A stretch of 64,000 bases of DNA from Octopus sinensis (taxonomy: Eukaryota), in contig NW_021831287.1 of NCBI RefSeq assembly GCF_006345805.1, forward strand, positions 1 to 64,000, read 5' to 3'. The position numbers and the translations under genes were made by a program. The notes beneath the pieces are model-generated. The model did not search any database. It was not told the DNA's origin and worked only from the letters and a program-made list of their open reading frames with translations. Positions 26,540 through 41,599 of this stretch are shown in pieces; position 1 is the stretch's first letter; every line of letters begins with the position of its first letter.

Positions 26540-27110
26540 CCTTAAAAGTTGGATCTGAAATTGAAAATTTTATACTTTGATAGAAAACATTTTAGAAATT
26601 AATAAATTCATTCATTTGATCTTTTACATCACCATTTGTAACCCAAAAATAAATCCATTTTATTAACTTTGTATCCCGACAAAGTAAGTATGGCTGGATG
26701 TTTCAGTAGACAGTTAACCTAAAAAATGGAAGCTTTTGGTAGGTTATTTTACTTATAATAGACTGCAACTGTTGTCCTTTTCTAATATCTGTTAATCTGC
26801 TATGCAACGAGATTTGGCCTTAATCAAATATTCGGATGCTACTAATAAACTAACATGATTATTCATTTTAATATTTTCATGTTCTTAACTAATATCAATG
26901 CAATTTAACAAATTTATCACTTAACACAGGCCTGAATTTATGACTATAGTCATTACACTTAGCAATTGACGGATTAAGCCGTTGACAAATTGTGCATTCG
27001 ATGGAGAAAACGTTGATGATCATTTACGCGAAATTGAAATTAGGAGGGGAATTACATTTCTCAATAAAGAAATATTCTCGAATTTAAGCAAATTTAAGGA
27101 TTGTATAGAC

Positions 27111-27770
27111 CAGGGGTGTCAAACTCATGGGGGCCGCATTTATAATAATTTTTCATCAAGAAAAGGTTATTTATTTTATTAAAAAAATAGAAATAAGGAA
27201 ATCTGAATATATTAATCACCATCTTTTAATCGTGCTCAGACCTACTTCCGAATGATTGACATCTTTTTTCCAATATAATGTTTGACAAGTCGAACTCAAT
27301 TATTCGTTTAGTCCCGACTTTAATTAAAACCAACAAACTTTCATCTGAAAGTCGTGTTCTATGAACAATTTTTGTTAATTTCATGAAATGGTACCAGGAT
27401 TTAACTTTCCTATTTCAAGTCGCAATTTAGAAGCAACTCCAGCATATCTTCTAGCCATATTAGGAGCACCATCGGTTCACAAACATACAAGCTTCCTCTG
27501 ATCAAATCCATAGTCAAAGAGAATTTGTTGTAGTTTTACAAAGATATCTTTACTTTTAGTAGTATCGTGCATTGGTACCAGTTCGAGAAATTCTTCATAA
27601 ATATGAAAATCTCGATCACAATCACGAAAAAAGATTGCTAATTGTGCAATTTCGAAGACATTTCTTTGATATGTTCGGCAACCGTATTTCTGGTCAAATA
27701 AATCTCTAAACAAATGTGCATTATTTACTTGTAAATTATTTACATTAAGTCCACGGACAGTCAAAGTCCT
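27111..27770 (-). mobile_element. hAT (GTF2IRD2/SPIN-like) transposase fragment with one terminal repeat
   Basis: AQLAIFFR....F.IYEEFLELVPMHDTT...DIF motif. End CAGGGGTGTCAAACTC at 27111 shares the subterminal CATGGGGGCCGCATTT with the element at 20882-21411. Confidence 0.75.
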
Positions 27771-27988
27771 ACCAAAGCTTTTGTTTAGAATGAAGTGTTC
27801 TGATAATTATTTCTTACAGTCCTATGATGTAGGGATTTTCTTAGCAATAATTATTCATTGTGTATTAATAAAATTTCTAATTAGTGGAAATGTAATATCA
27901 ATTTTATCTTGAATTATTTTTGAAGATTTTATTCAATAGATAAAAACAAATAAAATAAAAATGATAATTTCCATGACTACAGTTTTCA

Positions 27989-30900
27989 ATGTCTGGTTTG
28001 TACCCTTAAGGAGACAAAACTTTAGAATTTCTAGTTCCGCCAAAAAATCAAGTGTTTATAATTTCAAAATGCGATCGAAATGAACTGGAAGACCTATACC
28101 TTCGTTCCTATGATTACATCCTCGATCTTAAAAATGAAATGAATCAAAAAGACATAAAAATGAAAAAGTAAAAATATTTTTTTTGATTTTTCCAGAATGG
28201 CTACAAAACTTCTGCGAATAGTCAAAGACCAGCAAACAAATTCTCCTCCTGGTTACAGTCCATTATTTACATTAATAGATAGAGATTTGGAATATAAACA
28301 GACAATTGATTCCCTGCGATCAGAAAATATAAAACTTGAGGATAATCTAAAAAGATTGAAAAAGAAATTTATTCAAATCAAGCCCATGTCTACAAGCCAG
28401 TCAAAGTCCTACCAAAACATTTCATCAAAAATAAACACAGGGCGAACAAGTCAAAGGTTTTTTTATTTCAAAAACCAAAGTTCTCTTCTACCTCGACCTG
28501 CCAGTTTAGGGAATCCTAAAACTCGAGATTTTGAAATAAAAATCCAAGAGCTACAACTGGACAATGCCAGGAAGGACCAGTCCCTCTTGGAATTGAATGT
28601 AGAATTGAAAGAAAAGTCCGCGGAAATTCAAGTTTGGCTAAATAAAACCAAATTTTAGAAAATCGAGAACAAGTACTTTCAAACAATCGAACGAATGGAC
28701 AAAAATATGAAAGATCTCCACCATTCCGGCGACGCTGAGCTAATAAACTGCCAAAGGACAATCCAAGAATGGAAATATAAATACAACAGACTCAACGACC
28801 AATTCAGTTCTCTTCAAAATGTAAGGATGGTGGAGATATGTCGAGGAATGTATGGATTTGCGAGGAAATGCAGACAAAGCGATTTCAGAGGTGAGAAGAC
28901 AGTCTGACGCAAAATGCGACGACGAGAGGAAGATCCTCATGTTACAAAATGAACTCCGAATTGCTGCAAATTCCACCACAAAGATCTCTGAAGTTGATTT
29001 TTTATATAAAAATGAACAAAATAGCTTCAAGTGGAGATTATGGCTTTAAGGAGGGAGAACTCAATCCTCAAAGAAGCAAATAACGACCTTTTAAAAAGGC
29101 GTGATTGTTATATTTATTCCACTGCTTTAGTCTCTTGAACCAGGATGGGGACAGAGGGGAACGGGAAGAAAAACTAAAGAGTCAAATAACCCAATTGGAG
29201 TCCGCAATGAAATTAGATTTGGAAACCAAAAACGACTTGACCCAACGTCTTTCAGTCAGTAAAAGTAAAAATATCAAATTTAAACATTCCAAGGTCAAAC
29301 ACAAAAAATAAATGACAGTCTCGACCGACAAATCCAGGAAAACAATCAATTGAAGCAAGAAATTAAATCCCTCAGGAGTCGGGTAGATCTCTTCGACAAA
29401 ACGGATCAACTCAACGACATGAGCCAGGCCTTCCTTGAGCTCAACAAGCCAAACAATGCAAAAATCGATTTGGACTTTCTCAAAAAAGTCGAAGGAAGTG
29501 ATCTCAGAGACGAAGGTTAGTAAATATCCTCAAAAAATAAAAGAATTGAAGGAGGCCTATAAGAAGCTGCAAGTGGATTACGCAGAGACTGTTGCAGAGT
29601 TGTGGAAAACTCACGAAATGCTGATGGTTCAACACAAAATATCAAAAGATTACCAAAAAGAGGTAATCCTGCAGTTTCACCGAACAGGTCTCAATTCTTA
29701 CCGAGAAACTCAAACTCCACCAAGAACGCTCAGAAAACCAACAAAAAGAGACCAAATCACTGTTAGATTCAAAAACTCAAAAAATCCAAGTTGTAGCTAA
29801 AAACCTATTAGAGACATTACGGTCTCAACTCAACGATATTGCATACGGGAAGCGGAAAGTGGACGCACTAGGAGGCCTTCCACGTGACTCTATGGGGGAG
29901 ACTTGGGAGTGTGAGGTGGAGAAGGGACAAAACATTTTTGAGTTTCACATTCGAGAAGTAAATTTCACTTGTAATATTCTAGGCTAATATTGTGGAGAGA
30001 GAAGAGGCGGAAAACGAGTCATATTTCTGTGTTTTTGAGTTTTTTGACTTTGAAATTGTGGCCACAAACGTGGTTTCCGGAGGTAGACCAAATTTTGACT
30101 TTTTTGCGAAATATTTGATAACGATGGACGACTTGTTCCTTGGATATATCCAAAAGGTTAAAACCATGGAAACGGACATTTCAGGGTACGGGACAACTTG
30201 AGTTGTTGCAATCCAAAGGATCGACGTTCAAATCCCTGGGAACCGCCAAAATAAATTTCCGCGACCTTCTCAATTCCAAGGGATCCTTTGTCGACTCATC
30301 AGTCACGCTCTTTGGTTAGAAATGCGGAATGATCTCTAGACAGCAAAGCAACTCCTTTCTGCCAAATATCATACTCGTACAAAACCAAAGATCCCCTCGA
30401 CGAGTCTCTGCTTCAATACCAGAACCGACTGAGAGCATTGGAGGTCGTCCTGCCCTCCCATGGAAATATTCTGAACCTCACAATATCAATTCTTCGTTGT
30501 ACATCAGTCAAATCCTCGACAGGTTTGTTCATTTTGTTTATTTTAAAAATTAGGGTTGCCACCCTCTTTGTACGCGGTTTACAAGTTTTTTGACTTTGAA
30601 GACCACGACACGCCGATAATAGAGAACACGGAGAACCCAGAATGTGGTGATGTGAGGACATTTACTCTTCCGCTGACTGGAGAACTCGACAGATATCTCA
30701 AATCGAGCGTATTTTATTCGTATTTTAGTGTTAGAGTTTGAATGTTTTTGTATTTGATGACAATGAGTCAGAAAGCGCCTCATATTTATGTTTTGCCAAA
30801 ATTCAACTTGTGTCATTGGGAAGAGGGAAGGCAATTCAGGGCCCATTCCAACTTTTTAGGGTTGGAAATGACGTTTATTCTAGAAAAACGGGACCCCAAA

Positions 30901-32114
30901 CGGATTTATTGAGATTAGAATAGGCTGGGATGCAACAAAGGTTGATCAAACTCCACAAACGACACCAAAAACTGTCTTGGGGATTAAAAAACCCAAAAAT
31001 GACTTGATTTTGAGTCCAGAAAAAACAGACACAACCATCAAAGATCCAGAAAGTGAAAATATTTCCCAAAATACAGAAATGGGCGAAAAAGAAGAAATAC
31101 AAAATATTCAAAATAAATTAGAAAAAGGTCAAGATATAGAAAAAAATGAAATTTCTCAAGAAATTGATTCACCAAGAATGAGCCAAGATTGTAAAACAGA
31201 AAATGTAAAACTCAGTATTGATGCAATCCTAGACTCATTTAGAAGAGGATACAAAGAAAGAAGAAATTAAACGACCATCGATCATAAAACTCCCCGACCC
31301 TCCCAAACAGTCGTTAATGCCAAACATAAAAACCGGGGACAATACTTCAAAGAAAGTGCGCATCTCCGAACCGACGACCATAATTCAGGAACCCAAAGAC
31401 ATTTTGACAGAATCTTTCAGCGAGACAAAAACAGAATACGAAGGTAGAAATGTTAAATAGTCCAGATGACTTTGAGTTCTCCACTGAGGAAGTCACTGAG
31501 GAGAGTTTGGTCTCCAAGACAGTTTTGTATTTTTAAAAAGTCAAAGACCTCCGATGATGTCACGATAGTAGTACACAGCTTCACTCCGGGGTCAGTCATA
31601 ATGACAGACTCGCGGGTGATGAACTTATTCGTTTCTTACAGATTCCTACAACTTCCCGCTGAACAAACAGAAACCGAGTTTTCTCTCCCAAAAACAGACA
31701 AAAAATTGAATTTCGACTTTGATAGAGGTTTTGGGATTACGTAACTTGTAGTCTTTGATGTCAGCCACGTGAACAATTATGAAAGGAGACAAGATTTGGC
31801 AGTAATGTTGATTAAGGAGGGCAACAGTGGGTTGGATTCTTTTTTAATGTTGACAGAATTTGTTTTACGGTGGTCAGTGAACCGGAAAGTGACGCGGACG
31901 GAGACTGCGAGGATCTCGGAAGTTGTGTGGTGAACATAAAAGATATTTTGTTGGAGAAACAGGACTGTATTGGCAGACAAATACCCGGTGATTACTCTAT
32001 TCCTTGATAAACTCAGTTCTCAGTCGTAGCAAGGAGGAAATTGGGGTTTTAAAAGTCACCGTGAAGTGTTACGATGTCCTCAGGGTGATTGAAAGCGAAT
32101 TGAACGGAAAATGA
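27989..32114 (+). CDS. RPGRIP1L: Ciliary transition-zone protein RPGRIP1L/RPGRIP1 (coiled coil, C2 domains, RID); start tentative
   Basis: ELEDLYLR...K|MATKLLR; C2 motifs FFDFE...FLGYIQK and YKFFDFEDHDT...LDRYLKS; C-terminal FTVVSEPE....CEDLG. TGA at 32112-32114. Confidence 0.9.
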
Positions 32115-32597
32115 CTAAATAATTAACTTAATTACAAATAGTCTCGAATTAGAGTTTGTTCTGATATTGATTAGAGAAGATTTGGTTTTAAATCGTAGAA
32201 ATTTTGATTTATTTAGTCTACTGATACCGCATGTGGGAACAATAACTGATTCTTGTTTAAGCAAGTTTCTCGAAAATTATGATAACCATTCTGCTTTCAA
32301 TGAAGAGGTTTTTAAACAAATAGACTAAAAACTGGACATTTTTATAAGGTTAGGGTGATTAGGTGGCGATACGATTAAAGATTATTATCAATAAATGTTT
32401 GTGGAGGACATGAAGCAATCACAACGAATTGTCCATCTCTGGTCAGCTTGACTATCTCACTAGACTACAAATAAAAATCTTTTTTCTTAAAATTGAACAT
32501 AGTTTCTTTACGATGTTTTGTGATCCTAATCTCTATAAACGTAATGTGTTTTGTTAAATAAAAGAAAAAATAATTTAAAAATAAAATATTTAAATAA

Positions 32598-34214
<1,617 letters not shown>

Positions 34215-34269
34215 TTTTTATTGCTTAATTATTCGTCGTTGACTTGTGTAATTTTTGTATTCTTGTTTT

Positions 34270-34780
34270 TATGGCTCGTAAGCTTAGTTTTGAGTTAAAG
34301 GTCAAAATTGGCGAGGAATTAAGTGAGAATAAACATCTTACTAAACGAGATATTGTAGATAAGTCCAAAAAGGTTGTTTATTAATGTAAGTTTGTAGGCG
34401 CTGTGTAACGTATTAGAAGAATTATTTAAGAATATTCAACGCTCTGCTCATATTTTATCCTAAAAATTGGATAAAATTGTTTTTGAGGCTTTCACAAGAC
34501 AAGGGAAGAATTTATTTCTGTTTCCGGTCCTCATTTTGAAAATATTGCTTTCAAAGTAGCAAGGATGTTGAATTATTTGGTGTTCAAAAGGTTCAATGAC
34601 TGGTTGGAATAATGTAAGAAAAGACGTCATTTAAGACAATTAGTGGAGAGAAAAACTCTTTCGATGTTTCTTCACTTGATATGTTTTTTCCCAAGTATGA
34701 TGAATATGTAAAAGAATATGTTCTTCAAAATATTTTTAATTGCGACGATACTGGGTTATATATTAAAGGGAAATTAATGA
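34270..34780 (+). mobile_element. pogo/Tigger-like transposase relic
   Basis: CENP-B-like HTH remnant (VSGP..., F..FNDWL) and IFNCDDTGL, resembling the IFNxDETGL first-D motif. Confidence 0.65.
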
Positions 34781-34918
34781 AAAATATGCTAAAACTATTT
34801 AAATGTTTATTAAAGTGAAGGAAATTTAGACCTTTTTGAGGCAATTTTTCACAATTGATGTTCCAAATGGAGGTTTTCTGTAGCGGGAATATACTGTGGA
34901 AATTTATTAGTTAATGTG

Positions 34919-35578
34919 TTAATGCGACATTATTCGGTGGGATTCTACCACTGGTGGATTTGATTCAATACGGAGTGGCGACTCTACTTTGGAGTTTTCT
35001 TGAATCAATTTTTTTCCAAAATTCCATTTGAAGATGGCTCCATAAGTAGCAACAGTGACAATAGAGTTGGACATATTTTGACTTTGAGAATACTACTATC
35101 CCTTAAAGAGGGTAGTCTTCTTATGATAGGACATAACTAACAAATGTTGGGACAAGTCACCTTGACTAGTTTGTCGTCCCCAGGAGTGACAAAGTACCTG
35201 CCACAACAGGAGACATCCATTCCATTAATATCCCCGTTGTCCGAACTGGACAGAGTCTTGACTTTATCGAGTTGTAGACTACAGTGCAATGTTTTCGTGT
35301 GATAGTCTACACGAACTGCACATGTTTGCCACCAAATTACTTTAAACCCCATATGTCTCATTTCCGGCATACCTCCCCTCATTGGAGTGGCCAGACAGCT
35401 TATTTTATTGCTGCTTCCACTACTGCTGACAAGTGAGGATACTCCCCATAATGACAGTCAAGGCAAACAATGTGTTCTCCTCATCCCTTTGTACCAATAG
35501 GCCATCGAGGACAGTCCTATAAGTGAGTTCTATTTCCAGGCCATTAAATGATAAAACCAATTCCTGTGTATTCCCCAT
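34919..35578 (-). pseudogene. CFAP52: CFAP52 (WDR16) pseudogene with frameshifts, stops and a large internal deletion
   Basis: N-terminal FNG..DGL, SGHSN, MGFK and DY.TK.LH..L.L.K.K are joined directly to C-terminal GDINGMDVS..G.YFVT.GDDKLVK and IVTVATYGAIFKW. Several in-frame stops and frameshifts. Confidence 0.72.
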
Positions 35579-35618
35579 TTTATCAACATTTGTTAATTAC
35601 AATAAAATTAGAATAATT

Positions 35619-38509
35619 TCATTTTAAATCATTAAGTCTAAATCGGTAATGGTCCTTGTTGGCTGCAAAAATATGAACAGTCCCCGAAACATGGACGATT
35701 GCCTGTTCCACGAGGATTGTCCCCTTCCTCCCCACGTGATTGGTTACACTACGAAGGGAAGGGAACAGCCAAGTGAGAATCCTCCCACCTTCAGTCACCA
35801 GGACTATGCCCTCCACTCTTCCCCAAGTGCAAGTGGCCACCGAAATGCAATTTATAGTCACCACGTTACAACAGGGAATCTTTATTCTTTTTTCAATCAA
35901 AAATGTATCTACATTCCTAATCTTAAATAATATATATTAATATATACTTCAATAATATTCTTCCTTAATATAAGTAATTTTGAATCTATAATAAAATATA
36001 TAACTCTACATAGTCGACGTGATTCACCTTCATTGGTCACATTTATCATTTGTGTTGCCGGGTGAGAGGCCATAAAGGAAAGTTCGTCAATAATATTACC
36101 ACATATCACTAAACATCCCCTCACACCACTAACATAATCTCGACGACTTTCTAAACGACATTCGTTCGTGTAGTCCCAAGTGGTGGACTGTGTTACACCT
36201 CCCCCCAGTCTCCACCAAGAGAACCAATTTGTTACCCCCTATATATACATTCGTACTACTTTTGTCATCCAGGGCCATGAATAGATGTATGTAGGTCACA
36301 CCCCCCCAGTCGTGGCTGACCGGCAATGCCCGATACCCCACCAACCAATTACAACTAGAATATCCACACAATCAACAACCACATAAAATTAGCACACATT
36401 GTAGTATTTGATGCACACATCTCGACGTGGCGATGAATGATCTCCTGGAGGGACATTTGGTAGACCACTCGGCCATAGTCATAGTCGAGCACGACGAATC
36501 CCCGAGTAGTGCCCACAGCCAGTCTGGAATATACACAATCATCACAGTTTGGTGGCCTCCTCACAACTAATCGAGTTGATGGTGGCCTGTAGGAGACACA
36601 CGAGGGTTGGTTTGATGGAGTACAGCTGGCTTTGTTTGTGGTAGTCGTTCCCCATCTCGATTGTGCTGGCTGTGTTCATCTCCACGTTTATTTCCATTGT
36701 CTTATTATGTTTATCCAATTTACACTTTTGTTGGGATTTCCTGCTTGTATTCCAGTAGAATGAAGAATATTTGCTGGGTTGTCGAGAGGATTATTCTTTT
36801 ATTCGTCAAATCTACGTGTAGACGGGTTATTCTTTGGTTTTCGGCTATAAATTGTGGCTTTTTGTCTGCCTTTGGGTTTTTAGTGTGAATGTACATAAAA
36901 GTTGTCATTTCCGTTATAAATGTTGTCGTACTGCTGGAATAAAAATCCTGAATAGTTAATTATGTTGATTAAGAACACTGAGGGCCCTCCCACGTCCCAA
37001 ATTTGGATGAATCCGTCCTTAGTCCTATAAATGTATATTTTTGATGTCCCACGTCAACAGGAGTATGTCTCGTTGTATATATTTAATTCCCGCATATAAA
37101 GTATTATTCCAACAATTCCTATAAATGTATATAAAAAAATATTTTCTCATTACATTGAAGAATAGCCAGTAAAATGACAAAGTTCTCTTTTCTGAAAGTA
37201 GGCAAGCACATTATATGGACAGTCGAGGATAAATCGGGAGGCTGAGATCGTCTCATGGGGAATGGAGGCAAGGAAGGGAGTCCGGACAGAGAGGAATTCC
37301 AACGCAGGTGTAATTTCGAATACTCTGCACGAATTGAGGGTAACCACAATGATAAATTCAGAGTGGCAATCTGATTCTGATTGTGATAACATTTCGATAA
37401 ACCTTCATTTATTTTAAAAAAGTCCACTCCTAAAATTTCATTTTCGAATTGAATTTTTCGTTTTTTTGAGTTCAGTTCAATTTGAATGTCGCATTCGTGA
37501 ACAGTTGCCCCAAATGATTGTCCACGAGTCTCGTTTATAAGCAAATTTTGAACTTTTTGAGTGTCCCCTTTATCTAGTGAATTACAACAATCAAACTCAA
37601 CAACCCGCTTTACAGAAATTGTCACTTTTAGTAAAAGGTGACAAGTCAATATTGCATTTAAAAATATTTCCGTTTTCGTGACCGGAAAATAATATTCTCC
37701 CATCCTGATTAAGAGCCAAACATGTCAAATTCTGGAAATTAGTCATTGGAGTTCAAAACTGGTTTACTTTCGACTTGTTTAATTATTTTCATGTTTGTAA
37801 GGTCGAATATAACCACAACGTTGTCTGTTCTGCTGTAAATTACGAAATGTGTCTTTTTATGGCAATGTTCGACTATTCCTTGAACACCACTTTTAAGACT
37901 GACTGGGTGACCATTCTTTAATTTTCTAAAAAACATAAATTCTATTTTTACTCACGTTTCTTTAATCCAATAAACCTCTAAGCTGTCCAAATCCATATAA
38001 ACAAGTTCTGGACTATTTGTTAACCCAATCCACAGTCGTTTGTAGCCATGAGATACACAAGAGATTCCAATATTCTGACAGTCTCTACTCAATTCAAAAG
38101 AGATTTACACATTTCGCTCAAAAAACGAGTTTTCATGATGACCAGAATCCCGCATCGGTATTCTAGTTTATAAAGATTGACATTTCCGTTGTTGAAGATA
38201 CAAAGTAACTTATCCTACATGTTCAGGACTAGATTGAGTACATGTTTTGGAATGAGGTGAATGATTTTTATTTCTGGTACTACAGTCTTCACAAAGAGGA
38301 CATCCTCGAGGGTATAACTTAAATAACATTTTGAACAATTTTTACATAATAATTTGATTATTGGTGGTGGCTATTGCTAGTCTCATGTTTATTCTGTCGA
38401 AGGAATATTTTGTTATTCGTTCATCAGAGGAGAAAAGATTTACTTTTTCTCTGTCGGAAAAAACTTTATTTTCTGAATTTTGTTTTGAACTGGTTCGACT
38501 ATGTGACAT
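35619..38509 (-). CDS. Lethal giant larvae / tomosyn (STXBP5) family double WD40 propeller protein, shortened
   Basis: SFDRINMRLAIAT...|YT...|DKLLC matches the tomosyn N-terminus with the same intron phases; DGFIQIWD, LAVGTTRGFVVLDY and GRILTWLFPSLR. Paralog (LLGL vs STXBP5) not resolved. Confidence 0.72.
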
Positions 38510-38805
38510 TGGTCGACTTGATTGTGCGATTTTTTGGCTTATAAGTTCATTGCATTCGCGTCAAATTCCGCAAGATTGTGATTGGTCTGTATATCTTATC
38601 TATTTAATGTTAAATATGCCTAATCATATTGCACGATACACACTTGCTACATTTCTGAACAATAATTTGATTGGGTATATTTTGTCTGTAGAACTTCATT
38701 TCATGAATTTTTGACTATCCAGACAAAATATTCACCAAAATAATTTAAGAATGTCCAAAAATCGATATATAGACATTCTTAAGAAATGGTTCAATCATAT
38801 ATTCA

Positions 38806-40376
38806 AACGTAAATATTAAAAAGTAGAGGGCTCAAGACCGAGTCTTGAGGTACCCCTCTTTTGCGATCGACAAATTCCGACAAACTGTTTCCGCATCGTA
38901 TGTATGACCTCCTCATGGATAGATAGCTCTTCAGCCAATCGACTGTTCTAGACCCGGGTTTTATTCTGGCGACACTTCCCAAGAGGCCCAGGTGCCATAC
39001 GCTGTCAAAAGCTTTTGAGACATCGAGGCAGATAGAAATAGTCGCTATATTGTTTGCAAGACTAAGCGTGATGACTTTCTCGAATTCTCCGAAACAATCT
39101 CCGTAGGATCTTCTTCGTCGGGATCCCCACTGCTCTGATTCCTCTACGAAGTTCGAAAGCCTTGTGAAGACAATCCGTTCCATAATTTTAGAGACGGAGT
39201 ATATTAGGCTTATTGGTCGATAGTTCTCTGTATGGTCCTTCATTTTCCAGGCTTTGGAATCATACGTACGATTGACTTTTTCCAAGAGTCCGGTACGTAT
39301 CCAAATCTCCAGCTTGCATTGTATAGTGCGGTCAAGTATCGTAGGAGAATAATTGGAGCATGTTTGAATACAGTAATTGGAATGTAGTCATGGCCGGGTG
39401 CATTGTTCTTGCAGCTCATAATTGCGGCATACGTTTCTTCCAACGTTATGTCTCTGCACAGTGGTATAACTCAAATTAGCTTGCCTCACTCTCTGTGCCT
39501 CACATATAAATTCTTTCGGATTATGTCAATCGGATCCACCTCTTGAACTTTTGCCAGTTGTTTTCGCAAATGTGAGGGAACTTCATCGAGCGGGATAGCT
39601 ATTCCTTCAGTTGTTTTGGAATATTAATCGACTGAAAACCATTGATTTTGTGATGCTGCTTTCCCTTTAGCTTCGTTTCATTCACAACAATATGTCCATG
39701 TTTATCAATCTAACCAAGTAGGTTAGCTCCGTAGCCCGTTTCCGAATTGACCGGGCGTTGATAGCGTAAAAACGCTCATCTCGTCAAGTTTTGGTGACTG
39801 TCCTCCATAACGAGCTCCACCAGTTCCAGTAAATTTTTAAACGTTTTTTTAGTCGTCGTTTTCGATTTAAGATGGAGATCCTCTAGTTCTGCTTTTAAAT
39901 GTTCAATTGCACTTGTCTTTTCGTCTGCCACCAGTATGTTGCATGGTGATTTTCCCGGGATTGACTTAGAAGTGTCCCCGAGTTTCATAGATGTCATTCT
40001 TTTTTGGGTTGAATCATAGATTCGGTTGTGTTTACGCCTTGTTCCAACTTTAATTTTGGTTTTTGCGTAGATATAGTGGGTGTCGCAGTTTTCAAAGTGT
40101 TTGACATGGATTCATAGATATCGTCAGTCTGAACTTCAGCGTCCACGAATTTTGTACTTTTACTAAAATTCCATCCCTTCCAGGTATTTTGTAGTTTAAC
40201 TTTTCCTGTTTTTATCTTTTCGTCTTGTATTTTCATTGCGGAAGACGTATTAAATTTCAGTTTACTAGACTGATCTGTAGTTTTTCGAGGTAATCTCTTT
40301 TAAGAAGCTCCTTGACAACAGGAAATCCACCGTAGTTGACCATGTGTGCTGAGGATCCACAGTTTATGCATATTAA
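38806..40376 (-). mobile_element. LINE 5' segment (ORF1-like region + RT up to motif NIYV), inverted relative to its 3' part
   Basis: APGHDYIP, WKKSIV.MIPKPGK, NYRPISL...SKIMER, CLDVSKAFDSVWH and GVPQDSVLSPLLFNIYV; coiled ORF1-like ORFs at 39776-40236. Confidence 0.85.
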
Positions 40377-40750
40377 GTTGCTGATATTCCAAAACCGACA
40401 GATCCTACCAGTCGTCTCATGATCTACGCGGACGACATACTAATAACGGATACTTCATGGAGAAAAGACATCTCGTGTAGGAAATTAAAAAGATATGTGA
40501 CAAGAGTGGAAGAGTGGTGCATATCAAAAAGACTGAAACTCGCAAAAGAAAAGTGCACCACCACCTGGATTGCAAAACAGGGAGCTAAACGAAAACCGCC
40601 GAGAAACCTCCATGGGTTTACAGTAACGGAGAAACTGAAATACCTTGGGGTTGAAGTTAGATCCAAGAGTTCTTACTTCAGATACATCGACTCGAAGAGA
40701 AGGAAATGCGCTCAAATTATCAGGAGCATATTTTACTTCCACCTTTGTTA
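40377..40750 (+). mobile_element. LINE RT 3' segment continuing the same element
   Basis: VADIP...MIYADD...LKLAKEKC...KYLGVEV continues exactly where the minus-strand segment stops. Confidence 0.85.
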
Positions 40751-41234
40751 ATTGGTAAACGATCCTGTGCAGATCTTCGGAATGAAAGGAAAAAGCATTA
40801 TTAACCAAACTAGACAATTTCCACTGCTAGTAGTTTTCAAATTCTCAAAGGAATCTTAATCGGGGCGTGGAAAACATAATCGAGTTGGGTTATCTATTGA
40901 AGGGGAGACGTCAATTACTCGAAACCTCAATATACAAATATGCTACTCGCATTTGTACTATTATTTTGGTCATAAATAATGTCCAAGTATTGATACACTT
41001 TTGTTAAGATACAAGTTAATTCAAGACCGCCGTGTCTTAAAATTGTTGCGAGAATATCTAAATTGTCGGTCGAGAGTCATCGATTATTGATAATTAATGA
41101 AATCTATGTTGAGTAGTGAGGGGAGTCCACTCAAACAAATTGACTTGTTTGTTGTGCACAGTTATTAGTTGTAAGATGTAATAAATCAGTGGAGTGATAG
41201 GACATTCTCGTACCAGTGGAATAAGAGAGAGCTT

Positions 41235-41500
41235 AGAACAATTTAGTCGAAGACACTCCGCTTCCTTCGCTCGCTCGGTCGGCGGATTTCAAGGACTAGC
41301 CACGATCCAAGAGAGTATTCTTGGCTCCTGGAACGTCTGTCGATTGCTGTGATCCGAGAAAACGGCTTCGCCATTCGCGAGGCTGGCCGGGTGTCTCGTG
41401 AGGCCTTTAATTAGCTTGGCTATCTTTTTACTTTTGGATATCGTTATTTACGTAAAAAAAAAATTTAGTCCAAGAAATCGCAAATTCACATAGACTACGC
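41235..41500 (+). mobile_element. CRE-clade extreme 3' fragment with 3' UTR
   Basis: DPREYSWLLERLSIAVIREN; 3' UTR TAATTAGCTT.GCTATCTTTTTACTTTT is shared with the element ending at about 4590. Confidence 0.75.
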
Positions 41501-41599
41501 GAAATATTATTTTTCGAGAAACTAGACGACTGGGAGACATTTACATTATGGAAAGAAAATGTGGAGAAGTCGATTTGGAGTCAATTGACTTTATTTTTT

